A stretch of DNA of 64,000 bases from an uncultured virus (IMG/VR IMGVR_UViG_3300025122_000011) (IMGVR_UViG_3300025122_000011), one strand, 5' to 3'. Counted from the first letter of the stretch, positions 48,597 through 58,736 are shown. A program made the numbers and translations. Notes: generated by a model from the letters alone, not told the origin.

Positions 48597-50468
48597 CTAA
48601 TTTCCTGATTTAGCCTGAATCCTTGTAATTCTACGAGTTAGAGCACTAATTGCTTTGGAATTTGTTTTGGCTTGATTTTCCAACATCAGCTTCTTTCTTA
48701 GTGATACAAGAGTATCTACTTGCGCTGTTTCGGTTGGTGGTTTATTCTCTCCACCTTCGGTCCTATATTCCGTTGGATTTTGCATAGAAGCCCCACCAAC
48801 AGCGTCGGTACTAACTGGCTCTCCCCCCATACCACCTCCACCCATCATCCCCCCGCCCATAGAGGGGTCCATCATTCCCTGTTGCATCTGTTGTTCCATT
48901 TGTTGTTCCATATCTGCCTCTAGTTCCTTTTCAGTCTCTTCAATTTCTTTCTCGGTCATATCATAATATTCACGATAAATCTTCTTTTTAGAGAATAATT
49001 GAAGTCCTATGACAGCAGTAACAACCCGAGCCTTTTGGTCTTCAAGGTCCAAACGCCTCTTTTCGAACATATCCGAAGGCACAGGGAGTTGAATCCGCAT
49101 ACCTTCGATAGCTGTTCTCGGAAAGCCCTTTATCTGGAGATGCCTCTTGGCAATACTCTCAAACCCAATTTCCAAACAACGTTGAACTCTTGTGATTACC
49201 TTAGCAAACTTCACATCCAATTGAGCAAGGTTAGCCTTACGTTCAGGAGACTTATCCTTCTCAACTATAAAATCTTTAGGAACCTTTAGGATAGCAAGTA
49301 GCTTATCCCTAAAGTATTTAACGTCATCTACCTCTCCCAGGTTTTGAGCACCAGGAAGAGTGTCTACTTTTGTAGTAGATCCCTTCTTCATTGGGAAGAA
49401 GAAATCTTCATCAGCAGATAGAGGATTATACCTAGAATCAATTTGCTGAGTGTTAGAGTTATAAAATTTCTCTTTCTTGAACCTCTTCATGGTCTCTTCA
49501 ACATGAGCCATAGCCTTTGAAGTTGGGAGATTACCGACATCAAGATAAAAGATTCTTCGTTCTGGTGCTCTTACCAATCGGTAGATAAGCATCGCATCTT
49601 CCATTAGCTTTAGACTACGATGAATCTGACGAGCATTGGCAGCAATAGACTTCCCGTATGGGTAGAAAGTAGGATCGCTAGTGTGTAGACGGAAGTGAGA
49701 GATTTGATTCCTATCAAGGACAATATACTGCTTGCCCTTCATATTGTCTGCCCCAAACCCGTAAGCCGCCCAATCGCTCTTCTGCGGGATCTCCTGCAAG
49801 AAGTCAGTTAGGTAACCATATTCATTCTCAACCCTGTAAATATAGTTCGGGTTCAGAATCTTTAGCCTTTGGATACCTGCCTTGGGGTTCTCTAGGTTTA
49901 CGATACTTTCTGTAAAACAATCACCAAACTTAACGGTATTACGAACGATATCCCAGTAGTATCGATCTAGTTTGATTTTATTAAATAGAGTTTCAATTTC
50001 TTCCTTTACTAACTCATCATCAGATTTTATAACCCAACGACGATTCTGTGTATCTCTTTGAGTAGCATCATCAGCATAGATATCAAACGCAGCAGCGATT
50101 TCTGGATAATCATCCATATTCTCAAACTCTGCATACCTACGCCTTCTCTCAATTTCCAACTCTGTAAGCTGGGGGAGAGAGCCCCGTATCATCGATCCAC
50201 CAGTGTTCTGATTAGGGACTAATACATCAGGATTGACAACCGTATCACCAGCCATTGGGTGAGGAAGTTGTGTCTTAGCCTTTTCAGGGTCTTCATTTTC
50301 AAACTCACCAACTACGTAAGGTTGGGCTTTAGTAGCAAAGAACTTACTAAAGAAGTTCGCCATACGTCCTGTCGGACTATACCACGTATTGCGCCTTGGC
50401 CCACCACCAAATCCAGTGAATCCAATAGCGTCTTCGTCAAGCTTCTTTTGCTTTTCTATTTCATCCAT
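48597..50468 (-). CDS. gp20: Portal vertex protein (gp20 family)
   Basis: YPEIAAAFDIYADD, LKLMEDAMLIYRLVRAPERRIFYLDVGNLP, EDFFFP, TLPGAQNLGEVDDVKYF and DVKFAK.I.R.Q. Confidence 0.97.
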   Translation of the reverse strand: MDEIEKQKKLDEDAIGFTGFGGGPRRNTWYSPTGRMANFFSKFFATKAQPYVVGEFENEDPEKAKTQLPHPMAGDTVVNPDVLVPNQNTGGSMIRGSLPQLTELEIERRRRYAEFENMDDYPEIAAAFDIYADDATQRDTQNRRWVIKSDDELVKEEIETLFNKIKLDRYYWDIVRNTVKFGDCFTESIVNLENPKAGIQRLKILNPNYIYRVENEYGYLTDFLQEIPQKSDWAAYGFGADNMKGKQYIVLDRNQISHFRLHTSDPTFYPYGKSIAANARQIHRSLKLMEDAMLIYRLVRAPERRIFYLDVGNLPTSKAMAHVEETMKRFKKEKFYNSNTQQIDSRYNPLSADEDFFFPMKKGSTTKVDTLPGAQNLGEVDDVKYFRDKLLAILKVPKDFIVEKDKSPERKANLAQLDVKFAKVITRVQRCLEIGFESIAKRHLQIKGFPRTAIEGMRIQLPVPSDMFEKRRLDLEDQKARVVTAVIGLQLFSKKKIYREYYDMTEKEIEETEKELEADMEQQMEQQMQQGMMDPSMGGGMMGGGGMGGEPVSTDAVGGASMQNPTEYRTEGGENKPPTETAQVDTLVSLRKKLMLENQAKTNSKAISALTRRITRIQAKSGN

Positions 50469-52003
50469 TCTAGGTATTCCTCTTCAGTGTAACCACCATA
50501 CGATCTCATCTTGTATGTAGTTTGAACCTTAGGTGGTATTAGGTTATTATCCTGCTCCTGCCCCTTGAATTCTACTAAAGTTCCACCTGTTAGTTCTCTA
50601 AAACCAAACGCTGCTAAAGCTAAAGACATAACTAAGTCATCATAACACCCTTCATCAGCCTCTGCTTTACCTACATTATTCACAATAAAAGTTAAAAGCT
50701 CATCAACTGTGCGCTCTGAGTTAACTTTAAATATGTTTAAACGTATATCCTCTTCCATGTTGGCAAGCATAACTTCTCTATTAGAAACTTGCACCTGGAC
50801 TCCTAGAAGCCCCTTATCATCCATGTAGATGTTCTCATATTCTAAATCATTAAATAGACGGTCAATTAGATTATTTCCAATCGTATTGCGTTCAGGTGTT
50901 ACCATAGCGGTGTTATACTCTGTCGCCACCTCGCACACAATTCTAGCCAATTCATTGATCGGAGTTTTGTTAGAATAGAATTCTGCTACTTGCTCTCCAT
51001 TATAGACATTGAATACATGAAAAGCAGAGTTATCCCCTCCTCGTCCCATAGATGTATCAACTGACATTACATAATCATACTGAGGTTCTGCGTCTTTCCA
51101 TACGCGCATACGATTATTATAACGGTTCCAATATTCCTTGTTAACGTTCTTCTTGAGATATCTCAAGATCTCCCCATCTACGTAAGTATCACCAGTTCCC
51201 AGGAACTCACATTCATATTCCTGTAGCCAACGTTTAGGGCCAATGTTCTTTCTAGTGGTAGACTCCCAATCATCAATATTGATAGGCTTGTTATACTTAA
51301 GCATATCCAAGTAAAGATGCTCATAGCCTTCAGTTCTCTTATACTCAGGGTGATCACCCCATCCAATCTCAATCGCATTGAAATCATTGATACCGCGAAC
51401 AGCGTCCTGCCACATCTTGTAATACCAGTTTCCTATACCATTTACAGTGGACAGGATAAAAGCAGCACCACCAGTCGAAATTACAGGATAAGCAGCACCC
51501 CAGATTGTGTCAATATGCTCAATAAATGCCCCCTCATCCACAATCAACAAGTTAGCAGAAATTGAACGTCCCGCTTCTTTGCTAGGAGCTTTTGCCTGTA
51601 AACGAGAGCCATTTCTAAGTTTTAGATTATGACTATTCCTGTACCTAATCTTAGGTTTTAAAATAGCAGGAATTTCATCATACATTATCTTGATTCTCTC
51701 CAAGACCTCCTTAGCAGCCTCATCATCCTTTGAGAGAACAGCAATTGTAGTATTGGCTCTGAACAGCATCATCCATAAAGTGTAAGCAGCGACAATTGTA
51801 GTGCATCCTGCCTGCCTAAACTTTCTGAGAATATTGAAGCGATTCTCCTGTAATTCTCTTACAATTTTCTTTTGGAAAGGGTATAATTTGAATGGGACCA
51901 AACCTCTGATAGGATGAACTACTTTGATCCTAGATTCAATGAAGTAAATTGGATCTTTCTTGTATTTTACAAGTTCAGCGGAAATAACTTCGGACTGTTT
52001 CAT
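50456..52003 (-). CDS. gp17: Terminase large subunit (gp17 family)
   Basis: PFKLYPFQ, Walker A KFRQAGCTT, Walker B LLIVDEGAF, LSTVNG, QEYECEFLG, VDTSMG.GGD and DDLVMSLA. Confidence 0.97.
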   Translation of the reverse strand: MKQSEVISAELVKYKKDPIYFIESRIKVVHPIRGLVPFKLYPFQKKIVRELQENRFNILRKFRQAGCTTIVAAYTLWMMLFRANTTIAVLSKDDEAAKEVLERIKIMYDEIPAILKPKIRYRNSHNLKLRNGSRLQAKAPSKEAGRSISANLLIVDEGAFIEHIDTIWGAAYPVISTGGAAFILSTVNGIGNWYYKMWQDAVRGINDFNAIEIGWGDHPEYKRTEGYEHLYLDMLKYNKPINIDDWESTTRKNIGPKRWLQEYECEFLGTGDTYVDGEILRYLKKNVNKEYWNRYNNRMRVWKDAEPQYDYVMSVDTSMGRGGDNSAFHVFNVYNGEQVAEFYSNKTPINELARIVCEVATEYNTAMVTPERNTIGNNLIDRLFNDLEYENIYMDDKGLLGVQVQVSNREVMLANMEEDIRLNIFKVNSERTVDELLTFIVNNVGKAEADEGCYDDLVMSLALAAFGFRELTGGTLVEFKGQEQDNNLIPPKVQTTYKMRSYGGYTEEEYLEWMK

Positions 52004-52693
52004 ATGGAAGAATCAATGATATATAGCATTGCCTGCACGCGCAATGCAGAGTTAGACATAACTAGCCAAAATCTAGAACACTACTTCAAACGTGCTGGTA
52101 TCAATCATAGTTGGTTAGTAGCGGAAAAAAGTATCTTCGATGCTTACGCTAATGAGATTGAACAAATATCTCCTAGAGATCAGGACATTGTTATTATGTG
52201 TCATGATGATATTGAAATTTGGGATGATCCTCAAGAGCTAAAACTTCAATTGGATCATTGTTTAGATTCTCATGCAGGGTTCATTGGAGTTGCAGGAACC
52301 ACTAATCTGAATCGAGATGCTGTATGGTGGGATATAAACCAAAGAAAGAAAGGAGAACTTAGAGGGTTTGTATGGCAAGGAAAAGATAGATCAACATTCT
52401 ATCCAAACTACTTTGGGGCTCCTGGGAGAGTAACAGCCTTAGATGGGTGTTTCCTAGCTGCATCGGGAAAGACTCTAAAAAGTATGAATCTTAGGAAGCC
52501 AGGGCATTTTACTCACTCTTGGGACTTTTACGATTTACATTACACACTTCAAGCTCATAAGAAGGGATTGGAAAATTACGTAGTGCCTATCCATATCTTA
52601 CATAACTCTCCAGGAGAAATGATCGCAGAAAGAGGGTGGGCAGAGAATCGTAAAGGATTCCTACGAGTGGAGGATCTCCCAATCAAATGCTAG
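52004..52693 (+). CDS. GT-A fold glycosyltransferase (GT2-like); start at 52004 or 52016
   Basis: SIFDAY, IVIMCHDDIEI, GFIGVAG, VTALDGCFLA, WDFYDL and H.SPG. Confidence 0.82.
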   Translation: MEESMIYSIACTRNAELDITSQNLEHYFKRAGINHSWLVAEKSIFDAYANEIEQISPRDQDIVIMCHDDIEIWDDPQELKLQLDHCLDSHAGFIGVAGTTNLNRDAVWWDINQRKKGELRGFVWQGKDRSTFYPNYFGAPGRVTALDGCFLAASGKTLKSMNLRKPGHFTHSWDFYDLHYTLQAHKKGLENYVVPIHILHNSPGEMIAERGWAENRKGFLRVEDLPIKC

Positions 52694-52971
52694 AAAAGAT
52701 TTGGACTGATTTTCTTTGGGTGCTAGTGAATTTTAGCATAGTCAATATTATGACTACAGGTGCAATTACAACTACGTTTAGAGAATGGACACACAAGCAT
52801 CTGCGAACTAGTTTATTCTACTGCCCCATGTGTTTCTCTTTTTGGACAGCACTCTTGCTTAGTTTAGTCTGGCACTCCCCGACTGGATTTTGGTTATGGG
52901 ACTCTTTCCTAGGAAGTATCACAGCATGGGCTATGTATGTATTTTTACAACCCCGACAGGAGAATTACTAG
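52687..52971 (+). CDS. Small membrane protein with CxxC (DUF1360-like)
   Basis: Hydrophobic segments and an LFYCPMCFSFW motif. Confidence 0.65.
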   Translation: MLEKIWTDFLWVLVNFSIVNIMTTGAITTTFREWTHKHLRTSLFYCPMCFSFWTALLLSLVWHSPTGFWLWDSFLGSITAWAMYVFLQPRQENY

Positions 52972-53031
52972 TCAACACCCTCCAGCACACAAAGCGGTCC
53001 TTCTCAGACCCCAACGTCTTTTTAGTAACAT
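52972..53031 (-). CDS. Putative 19-aa peptide MLLKRRWGLRRTALCAGGC, absent from the ORF track
   Basis: ATG at 53031, GAGGT SD 5 nt upstream, CTATATA at 53047-53053. Its stop abuts the convergent gene's stop. Confidence 0.55.
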   Translation of the reverse strand: MLLKRRWGLRRTALCAGGC

Positions 53032-53058
53032 AATATACCTCAAAAATATATAGAGAAT

Positions 53059-53283
53059 ATGCAACAAACAAAAATAGGATCTTTTATTGAAATTGTCGTA
53101 GATACGACACTAGGTTTCACTCTAAACATCATATTCATTCTCATCTTTTTTCCACTGTTTGGAATCAATATAGCATTCACGGTGAACCTACAAGTTACTG
53201 CATGGATGACAGTAATTTCTCTAGTAAGACGATACCTAATGAGAAGATACTATAATAAAAAACACCAAAGGAAAAGTAAATGA
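53059..53283 (+). CDS. Small two-TM phage membrane protein
   Basis: Q.K..SFIE...T..GF...FTV..SLVRRY.MRRYYN pattern common in phage membrane proteins. Confidence 0.7.
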   Translation: MQQTKIGSFIEIVVDTTLGFTLNIIFILIFFPLFGINIAFTVNLQVTAWMTVISLVRRYLMRRYYNKKHQRKSK

Positions 53284-53564
53284 ATGATAACACACAAAAT
53301 TACACAGCAGTCATGATGGCTTTAGGGAGAGTCTCGAAAGTCTTAGGAATCAATCTGGTCTTCGATGGACAAAATTATGATGAAATTATTGAAAGACTAG
53401 TGCTAGAATCTAGAGCACAAATTAATGATAGTTGGTTAGATATGTTTGAAGGTGTTCTGGGAAAACGTCCGCAGAATGTCTTAGAAGCTTCGCAACACCT
53501 AAATGCGATTCTCACCCCCAAGCCTAAGAAGGCTAAAAACAAGAAAATACTAAACGAAGACTAA
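53280..53564 (+). CDS. Hypothetical protein
   Basis: 94 aa; ATGA overlap upstream and TAATG overlap downstream. Confidence 0.65.
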   Translation: MNDNTQNYTAVMMALGRVSKVLGINLVFDGQNYDEIIERLVLESRAQINDSWLDMFEGVLGKRPQNVLEASQHLNAILTPKPKKAKNKKILNED

Positions 53565-54979
53565 TGCCAGAATCAGAACTATCAGATCCCTTTTACCATC
53601 CATCCATTGTAAAATGGTTGAAAGATGGAGGCGACTTCACTGTTGAAGGAAAATCAGTAGTGGGGGGAGTAGGAGAACCTGCTTATAGAAACGGAAGAAA
53701 GGTTTTTGAAAAACACTTTTTCCTAGAATACTCACGTTGGGTAAAAGTAGCAGTATCAGTTCAATCCAATAATCCCGTAGCTGACGTATTTGCAACAATG
53801 GGATATGGACATACTGGAGCTAGTACCTCCCTATTCAATAGACGTTCTACCAAACTGCAAGTAGAGAGTTTTGACGTAGAGCTAGAGCCTAACACAGGTA
53901 GTGTCCTTCATGGTCAAGGATCTTCCTCTGTTCACTTCCTATTTGATTTTCGTAATCCTGCGAAACCTATAGTAACAACGTCCCCTAATGAAACCAAAAA
54001 CGTTCCTCATGATGGAAACCAGACTGGGGGAAAGTGGGACTATATGCAAGTTAGAACACCACTAGACACAGGTGATTTACTTCGTTGGCGCAAACGTCTT
54101 TACGCTCATGCCAGATATGGAGGAAGATTTGTTCACAAGGAGACAGGTATTCCAGTATCTGAAAAAGATTACCCAAAGGCAGTTTTACAGAATGGATCTC
54201 ATTTCCATAGAGAAACTAAAACCTGGATCAAATATACTCACCCACAGGACCCGTGGGAAGATCGTGCTGATATGAGAACAGCAGATGACCAACATTTCAG
54301 TGTGTATGATGCTCTCATGGAGGTATACAAGAGATATCCATGGGACGAAGCTTTGCGTTGGGAGGTAATCTTTGCAGCCCACAGATTCCTTTTCCAGATC
54401 CCAGGATATAATAAAGGAACATACGCTTGGGATCCAGGCCAAGAAAGGGCTCAAGGTCGTATACCTAAGTTTGCTGCCAAATGCGTAGAAGCTTTACTTG
54501 CTGCTGGAAAACCTGAACTAGCTGGAGAAGTAGGAATCAGATCAGCAGATAGACTTAGTAATCAAGCAAGAGAATTCAGGGAAAATATCCTAAGAGGAAG
54601 CACACCGATTCACTACTTTGAAGGATGGGGAAAGCACTCTCCTGCCGAAGTAGGAATTCACTGGTGGGGACTAGATGCTGCTCAAAAGATGTTTAAAAAG
54701 CATGGCATAAAATTCTTAGAAAATGAACTATGTTACATGAAAAATTATCTTGCGAGATTCTGCTTTGATGCTTTCTTCGAATACGATGATGAGCTTCATC
54801 TACCTTATTATGTTGTAACCGATTGGACACATAAACGTAAATCATCAGGTGGGGCACACTTTGCATGGTTGGCAGCTAGACACGCTAGCCCCAAGGATGA
54901 GAATGAAGAACGTAAAATGAGATTGCTGAAAATCTTAGGCCTAAAGGTCGAAGATCGATTTAAAGGAGATCTAGCTTAG
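53564..54979 (+). CDS. Hypothetical protein (aromatic-rich, possibly carbohydrate-active)
   Basis: 471-aa ORF; no family recognised. Confidence 0.7.
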   Translation: MPESELSDPFYHPSIVKWLKDGGDFTVEGKSVVGGVGEPAYRNGRKVFEKHFFLEYSRWVKVAVSVQSNNPVADVFATMGYGHTGASTSLFNRRSTKLQVESFDVELEPNTGSVLHGQGSSSVHFLFDFRNPAKPIVTTSPNETKNVPHDGNQTGGKWDYMQVRTPLDTGDLLRWRKRLYAHARYGGRFVHKETGIPVSEKDYPKAVLQNGSHFHRETKTWIKYTHPQDPWEDRADMRTADDQHFSVYDALMEVYKRYPWDEALRWEVIFAAHRFLFQIPGYNKGTYAWDPGQERAQGRIPKFAAKCVEALLAAGKPELAGEVGIRSADRLSNQAREFRENILRGSTPIHYFEGWGKHSPAEVGIHWWGLDAAQKMFKKHGIKFLENELCYMKNYLARFCFDAFFEYDDELHLPYYVVTDWTHKRKSSGGAHFAWLAARHASPKDENEERKMRLLKILGLKVEDRFKGDLA

Positions 54980-54999
54980 ACTTTTCACTATCTTAGGCT

Positions 55000-55218
55000 A
55001 TGATAGTAGATGGCTCACTAACAGATGAAGAGGCCCATACTTTTCTAAAAAGTAAGTATGAAAATATGCATAATCATTGGGTTACTTATCTAACAAGTGA
55101 AATCGATTGGAATCCTATACAAATTTTATCAACAACTTTAGTTTCCATCAATCCACAAGTTTCTTACTTACAAGCAAGAAACTACCTAAAGGAAATTTTG
55201 AATGAGAGACAAAATTAA
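55000..55218 (+). CDS. Hypothetical protein
   Basis: 72-aa ORF in a plus-strand run. Confidence 0.5.
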   Translation: MIVDGSLTDEEAHTFLKSKYENMHNHWVTYLTSEIDWNPIQILSTTLVSINPQVSYLQARNYLKEILNERQN

Positions 55219-55588
55219 GAAACAGTTAGAATATATCAAACAGGTTTACTGGGATCACAAGTTCGCCTATCCAGGCTATACGTATGGAGTGGATAAGCAT
55301 GAAACAAATATCACCTGGGGTGAAGACTTGAAAGAGGGAGAAACTCATGAACCTGTAGACTTCGGAACTTCTATGTGGTTTAAAGGTTACCTCAAAGGTT
55401 TAGAAGCTTCATACAGAGTTCTACTGCACACGCTCCCTAGAGAAGATTGGGGAGCAAACTCTTTATTCGCTCCTGCTCCTAACTATGAAGAAATGTGTGA
55501 AATCCGAGATAAAGCTGTCAAGAATGGATGGAAGACCGAAGAGGACTTTACAGAGTATCTTACTTTTTTAGAAGGGAGAACTACATAA
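55202..55588 (+). CDS. Hypothetical protein
   Basis: 128 aa; AAGGA SD. Confidence 0.65.
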   Translation: MRDKIKKQLEYIKQVYWDHKFAYPGYTYGVDKHETNITWGEDLKEGETHEPVDFGTSMWFKGYLKGLEASYRVLLHTLPREDWGANSLFAPAPNYEEMCEIRDKAVKNGWKTEEDFTEYLTFLEGRTT

Positions 55589-55591
55589 AAT

Positions 55592-57652
55592 ATGAAGAAA
55601 TTCTTTAATTTAGCTTTCGCTGCAATTCTAGCACTACCAACAATTGCCGTAGCTCACGGTGGAATGTATCGTGGTCCGGGGGATGTTGTTCCCCCAGGAA
55701 CACCAGGACATCGCGGACCAAATACTGGAGGGCCAGGAGCACCCGGCCCAGTAACCCCAGGTGGCCTCTCCCCAGGCGCACCAAACCCCTCTGGTCCTAC
55801 CACCCCCGGTTCAGCCCCTGGTGGCCCAAATACTGGAGGGCCAGGAGCACCTGGACCTGGACCTGGACCTGGACCCAGAACTGGGCCTAGAGGTATTTAT
55901 ATTGGTGCTGATCTAAGCAAGTGGCAGTTTTGGTGGGAATTCAACAAGGCTCCATTCATCAACTTAAAGGACGCGATTCACGCTCCCATGGTTATCACCG
56001 GATCCCCGGAATTCTACATGGGTCCGACGAAGCGTGTCGCTTCCAAGGATACCTCTAAACCATCGAAATATGATATCCAAGGAAGTATCCTACCTGCATT
56101 AAAGAGAGCATTGGATACCTCGAATAACCGTGACATAAACTCAGCCTGTATTATTGCACTAGCTAAGATTGGACGCGATCATAATACTTTTGATATCCTT
56201 TCTATCTTTAAAGAATATTTGAACACCCCAGATCAAGAAATCCGAGAAACAGCGGCTCTTGCTATGGGTATCTCAGGGATGAAAAGTGCTAAAACACTTC
56301 TTACAGACTTAGCTTGGGATACAGCAGCAGGCAGAAAAGCCTGTAAACGCACACAAGTTGACGCTCGCACACGTTCATTCGCATGTTATAGTTTGGGTCT
56401 TATCGCACATCTAAACGACAACATTGATCTCAAATATGAATGCTTTAACGCTATCGACAAAATCCTATCTGATGAGAATACTCATGACCGTAACCTGAAA
56501 GTTGCAGCCATCAATGGAATGGCTCTTTTACACCTCAACAAAAAGAACTTGAGCGATAAGGAAACAAAACTTTTAGACAACATACTGAAGTCCCTAGATG
56601 CTTATTATGACAAAGCAGCAGGACGAGGAACTGATCTTATCAAGTCCCATGTTCCTCCAGCTATCGCTAAACTTTTAGGGCGTGGACATTCACACAAGCA
56701 GAATTTCTATAAAGAGAAATTCTCTAAAGAACTATCTTCAAGGAAAAAGAAGGGTAGCGATATCTACCGTGCAGCAGCCATAGCTTTGGGCCAATTAGCT
56801 GAGTCTAAAGAAGACAATAAGGCAGACGAGAAATACTCTAAGGCTTTGTTTTCATACTATCAAAATGGCAAAGATCCTCAAGCCAAGTATTTCTGCTTAT
56901 TAGGAATGGGCCAAATTGGTGGTAATACCAATAGAAATAAATTGTTGATAGAGCTTGGCCTAGGTCGTAAAACACTTGATCGTCCATGGGCTGCTCTTGG
57001 ATTAGGTATCATGAGTTTCCATCGCTTCGAAAATGATAAACACGCTAGAGTTGATAACCTTGTAGGTGATTGTATTTTGAAGCAGTTAAAATCAGTTAAA
57101 GCTCCAGAAGCTAGAAGTGCATTCGCTATTGCTCTTGGCTTGTGTCGTTATGAGAAGGGTTCCAGCGAACTAATGAATCTACTGGTAAAATATCGTCACC
57201 AGGACGAATTCGCTGGCTACCTCTGCATTAGTCTAGCACTGATGAACGAACAAAAAGCAAAGAGAGATATCCATGAAGTAGTTAGCGGGGCTGTACGCCG
57301 CCCGGAGCTTCTTCAACAGGCTGCAATTGCTCTTGGTAAACTTGGAGATAGGACTGTAACTCAAACTCTAATAGGTATGCTACAGGAGAAAGAAACCAAT
57401 CTAGCCAAAATGAGTGCTATTGCTTCTGCGTTAGGATTTATTGGAGATCGTAGGACCATTGCTCCTCTGAAAAAGATATTGTTTAATGACTCCCTAACCC
57501 CTCTGAGCCGTGCTTTCGCAGCGGTTGCTCTAGGTGGGGTTGCAGATAAAGAGAAGTTGCCCTGGAACTCTAAGATTGCTCGCAACATGAACTATAGGGG
57601 TGCAGTGGAAACTCTAACTCAGTCTGGATCTGGAATTTTGGATATCCTGTAA
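55592..57652 (+). CDS. Secreted Pro/Gly-linker + HEAT/PBS-repeat protein, probably host-derived
   Basis: Signal peptide MKKFFNLAFAAILALPTIAVA|HGG and Pro/Gly repeats. Many HEAT-like units follow (IRETAALAMG, RAAAIALGQL, RSAFAIALGL, QQAAIALGKLGD). Confidence 0.85.
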   Translation: MKKFFNLAFAAILALPTIAVAHGGMYRGPGDVVPPGTPGHRGPNTGGPGAPGPVTPGGLSPGAPNPSGPTTPGSAPGGPNTGGPGAPGPGPGPGPRTGPRGIYIGADLSKWQFWWEFNKAPFINLKDAIHAPMVITGSPEFYMGPTKRVASKDTSKPSKYDIQGSILPALKRALDTSNNRDINSACIIALAKIGRDHNTFDILSIFKEYLNTPDQEIRETAALAMGISGMKSAKTLLTDLAWDTAAGRKACKRTQVDARTRSFACYSLGLIAHLNDNIDLKYECFNAIDKILSDENTHDRNLKVAAINGMALLHLNKKNLSDKETKLLDNILKSLDAYYDKAAGRGTDLIKSHVPPAIAKLLGRGHSHKQNFYKEKFSKELSSRKKKGSDIYRAAAIALGQLAESKEDNKADEKYSKALFSYYQNGKDPQAKYFCLLGMGQIGGNTNRNKLLIELGLGRKTLDRPWAALGLGIMSFHRFENDKHARVDNLVGDCILKQLKSVKAPEARSAFAIALGLCRYEKGSSELMNLLVKYRHQDEFAGYLCISLALMNEQKAKRDIHEVVSGAVRRPELLQQAAIALGKLGDRTVTQTLIGMLQEKETNLAKMSAIASALGFIGDRRTIAPLKKILFNDSLTPLSRAFAAVALGGVADKEKLPWNSKIARNMNYRGAVETLTQSGSGILDIL

Positions 57653-57665
57653 AAATGGCTTACAA

Positions 57666-57878
57666 GTGCAAGCAGGAATCATAATAACCAAACGCTCTGC
57701 TAAAGAGATCAGAAGCATCATAAAGGAACAGAACTACGATGCCTCTGTGATGGTCAGAATCGGCACTAAGGGAGGCGGGTGTGCAGGCATGACATACGTG
57801 TTAGACTTCGATAAGGACGGTGCAAGCGAATTTGACCTCACCTACGAGCAAGGTTGTGGAACGTCCTTCTCAGTCTAA
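57666..57878 (+). pseudogene. Internally deleted IscA/HesB (A-type Fe-S carrier) homolog
   Basis: N-half IIITKRSAKEI...VRIGTKGGGCAGMTYVLDFD...D..YEQG is joined directly to the family C-terminus GCGTSFSV. The nearest ATG (57655) is out of frame. Confidence 0.75.
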
Positions 57879-58736
57879 CTAAGTACCATACTTATGCCAG
57901 TTTCGATCATAGCTAGGCACAGATCTTAGCTGGGCAGGAATTAGACCATCGAAAAAGCCCCTATTCTTTAGATGTAAAGCAAGATTATGAATAAGATTTC
58001 TCATATCTCCTGAGTTTTCATTTACAGGAGCATAATCTCCACCCATCCATCCCCACGATGCCGAGTTCCTTGCGCAGACAGCCCCGTGAGGATTGCCAAC
58101 CGCCCAGTCCCCCCAATAATTTTGGTTACTTTCTATCTTGCCAGATGCTCCCCAAGGATCCACGACTGTCACTTCTGGAAAACTTATAACATCTTGCACA
58201 GATTCAGAATACGCTCCCCCCATGCTGGACAGCCAAGGTCTTCGATCAACTCCGATAGTGCTAATTACCCTACTCATAGGTCCGACCGTCCCGTCCGCAC
58301 TAGACAACGGCCCGGATGTAGAATAAGTATTTCCCTTAATATCTTGATCATATCGAATAACTTGGAATTCCTGGGGAACAAAAGTTGAAGACCCAGTCCA
58401 CGTTCCCGTAACAATCGTCCTATCATGAGAGGCAGTAACCTTAATTCTAAGTTCTGATGCTTGAATCGCTTGCATAGCAGAAGTGTAGCCAGCGTTGCTC
58501 ACCGCACCTCCAGCCACGCACGAACTGAGCATAAGACCTCTTCCCACTCTCATATAATCTGTGGGCGTCAACTTAGGTTGACGATATATGTCTAAGTACA
58601 GGGTTTGAGTCGTGACCATGGCAACGCCTTCGAAGGGAGTCGATGTCGAAACGTCAGAAAGAGAATAAGAACTAGCATTAGTTTGTGCGTAGGCATTAGA
58701 GCTAGGATCTAGGGGAGCAATGATAGGAGCAGCCAT
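57879..58736 (-). CDS. Hypothetical Ser/Thr-rich protein, probably late/virion
   Basis: 285 aa; GAGGT SD and CTATATA motif upstream. Confidence 0.65.
   Translation of the reverse strand: MAAPIIAPLDPSSNAYAQTNASSYSLSDVSTSTPFEGVAMVTTQTLYLDIYRQPKLTPTDYMRVGRGLMLSSCVAGGAVSNAGYTSAMQAIQASELRIKVTASHDRTIVTGTWTGSSTFVPQEFQVIRYDQDIKGNTYSTSGPLSSADGTVGPMSRVISTIGVDRRPWLSSMGGAYSESVQDVISFPEVTVVDPWGASGKIESNQNYWGDWAVGNPHGAVCARNSASWGWMGGDYAPVNENSGDMRNLIHNLALHLKNRGFFDGLIPAQLRSVPSYDRNWHKYGT

Noticed and set aside
48597..52003. Introns or inteins in terminase or portal (capsid and helicase also checked)
   Set aside because: Motifs are collinear with normal spacing, and no intein or homing-endonuclease signatures are seen.
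52945..52974. Selenocysteine readthrough at the GGC-TGA end of the 19-aa peptide
   Set aside because: No recognisable SECIS-like hairpin follows, and readthrough would run into the convergent gene.
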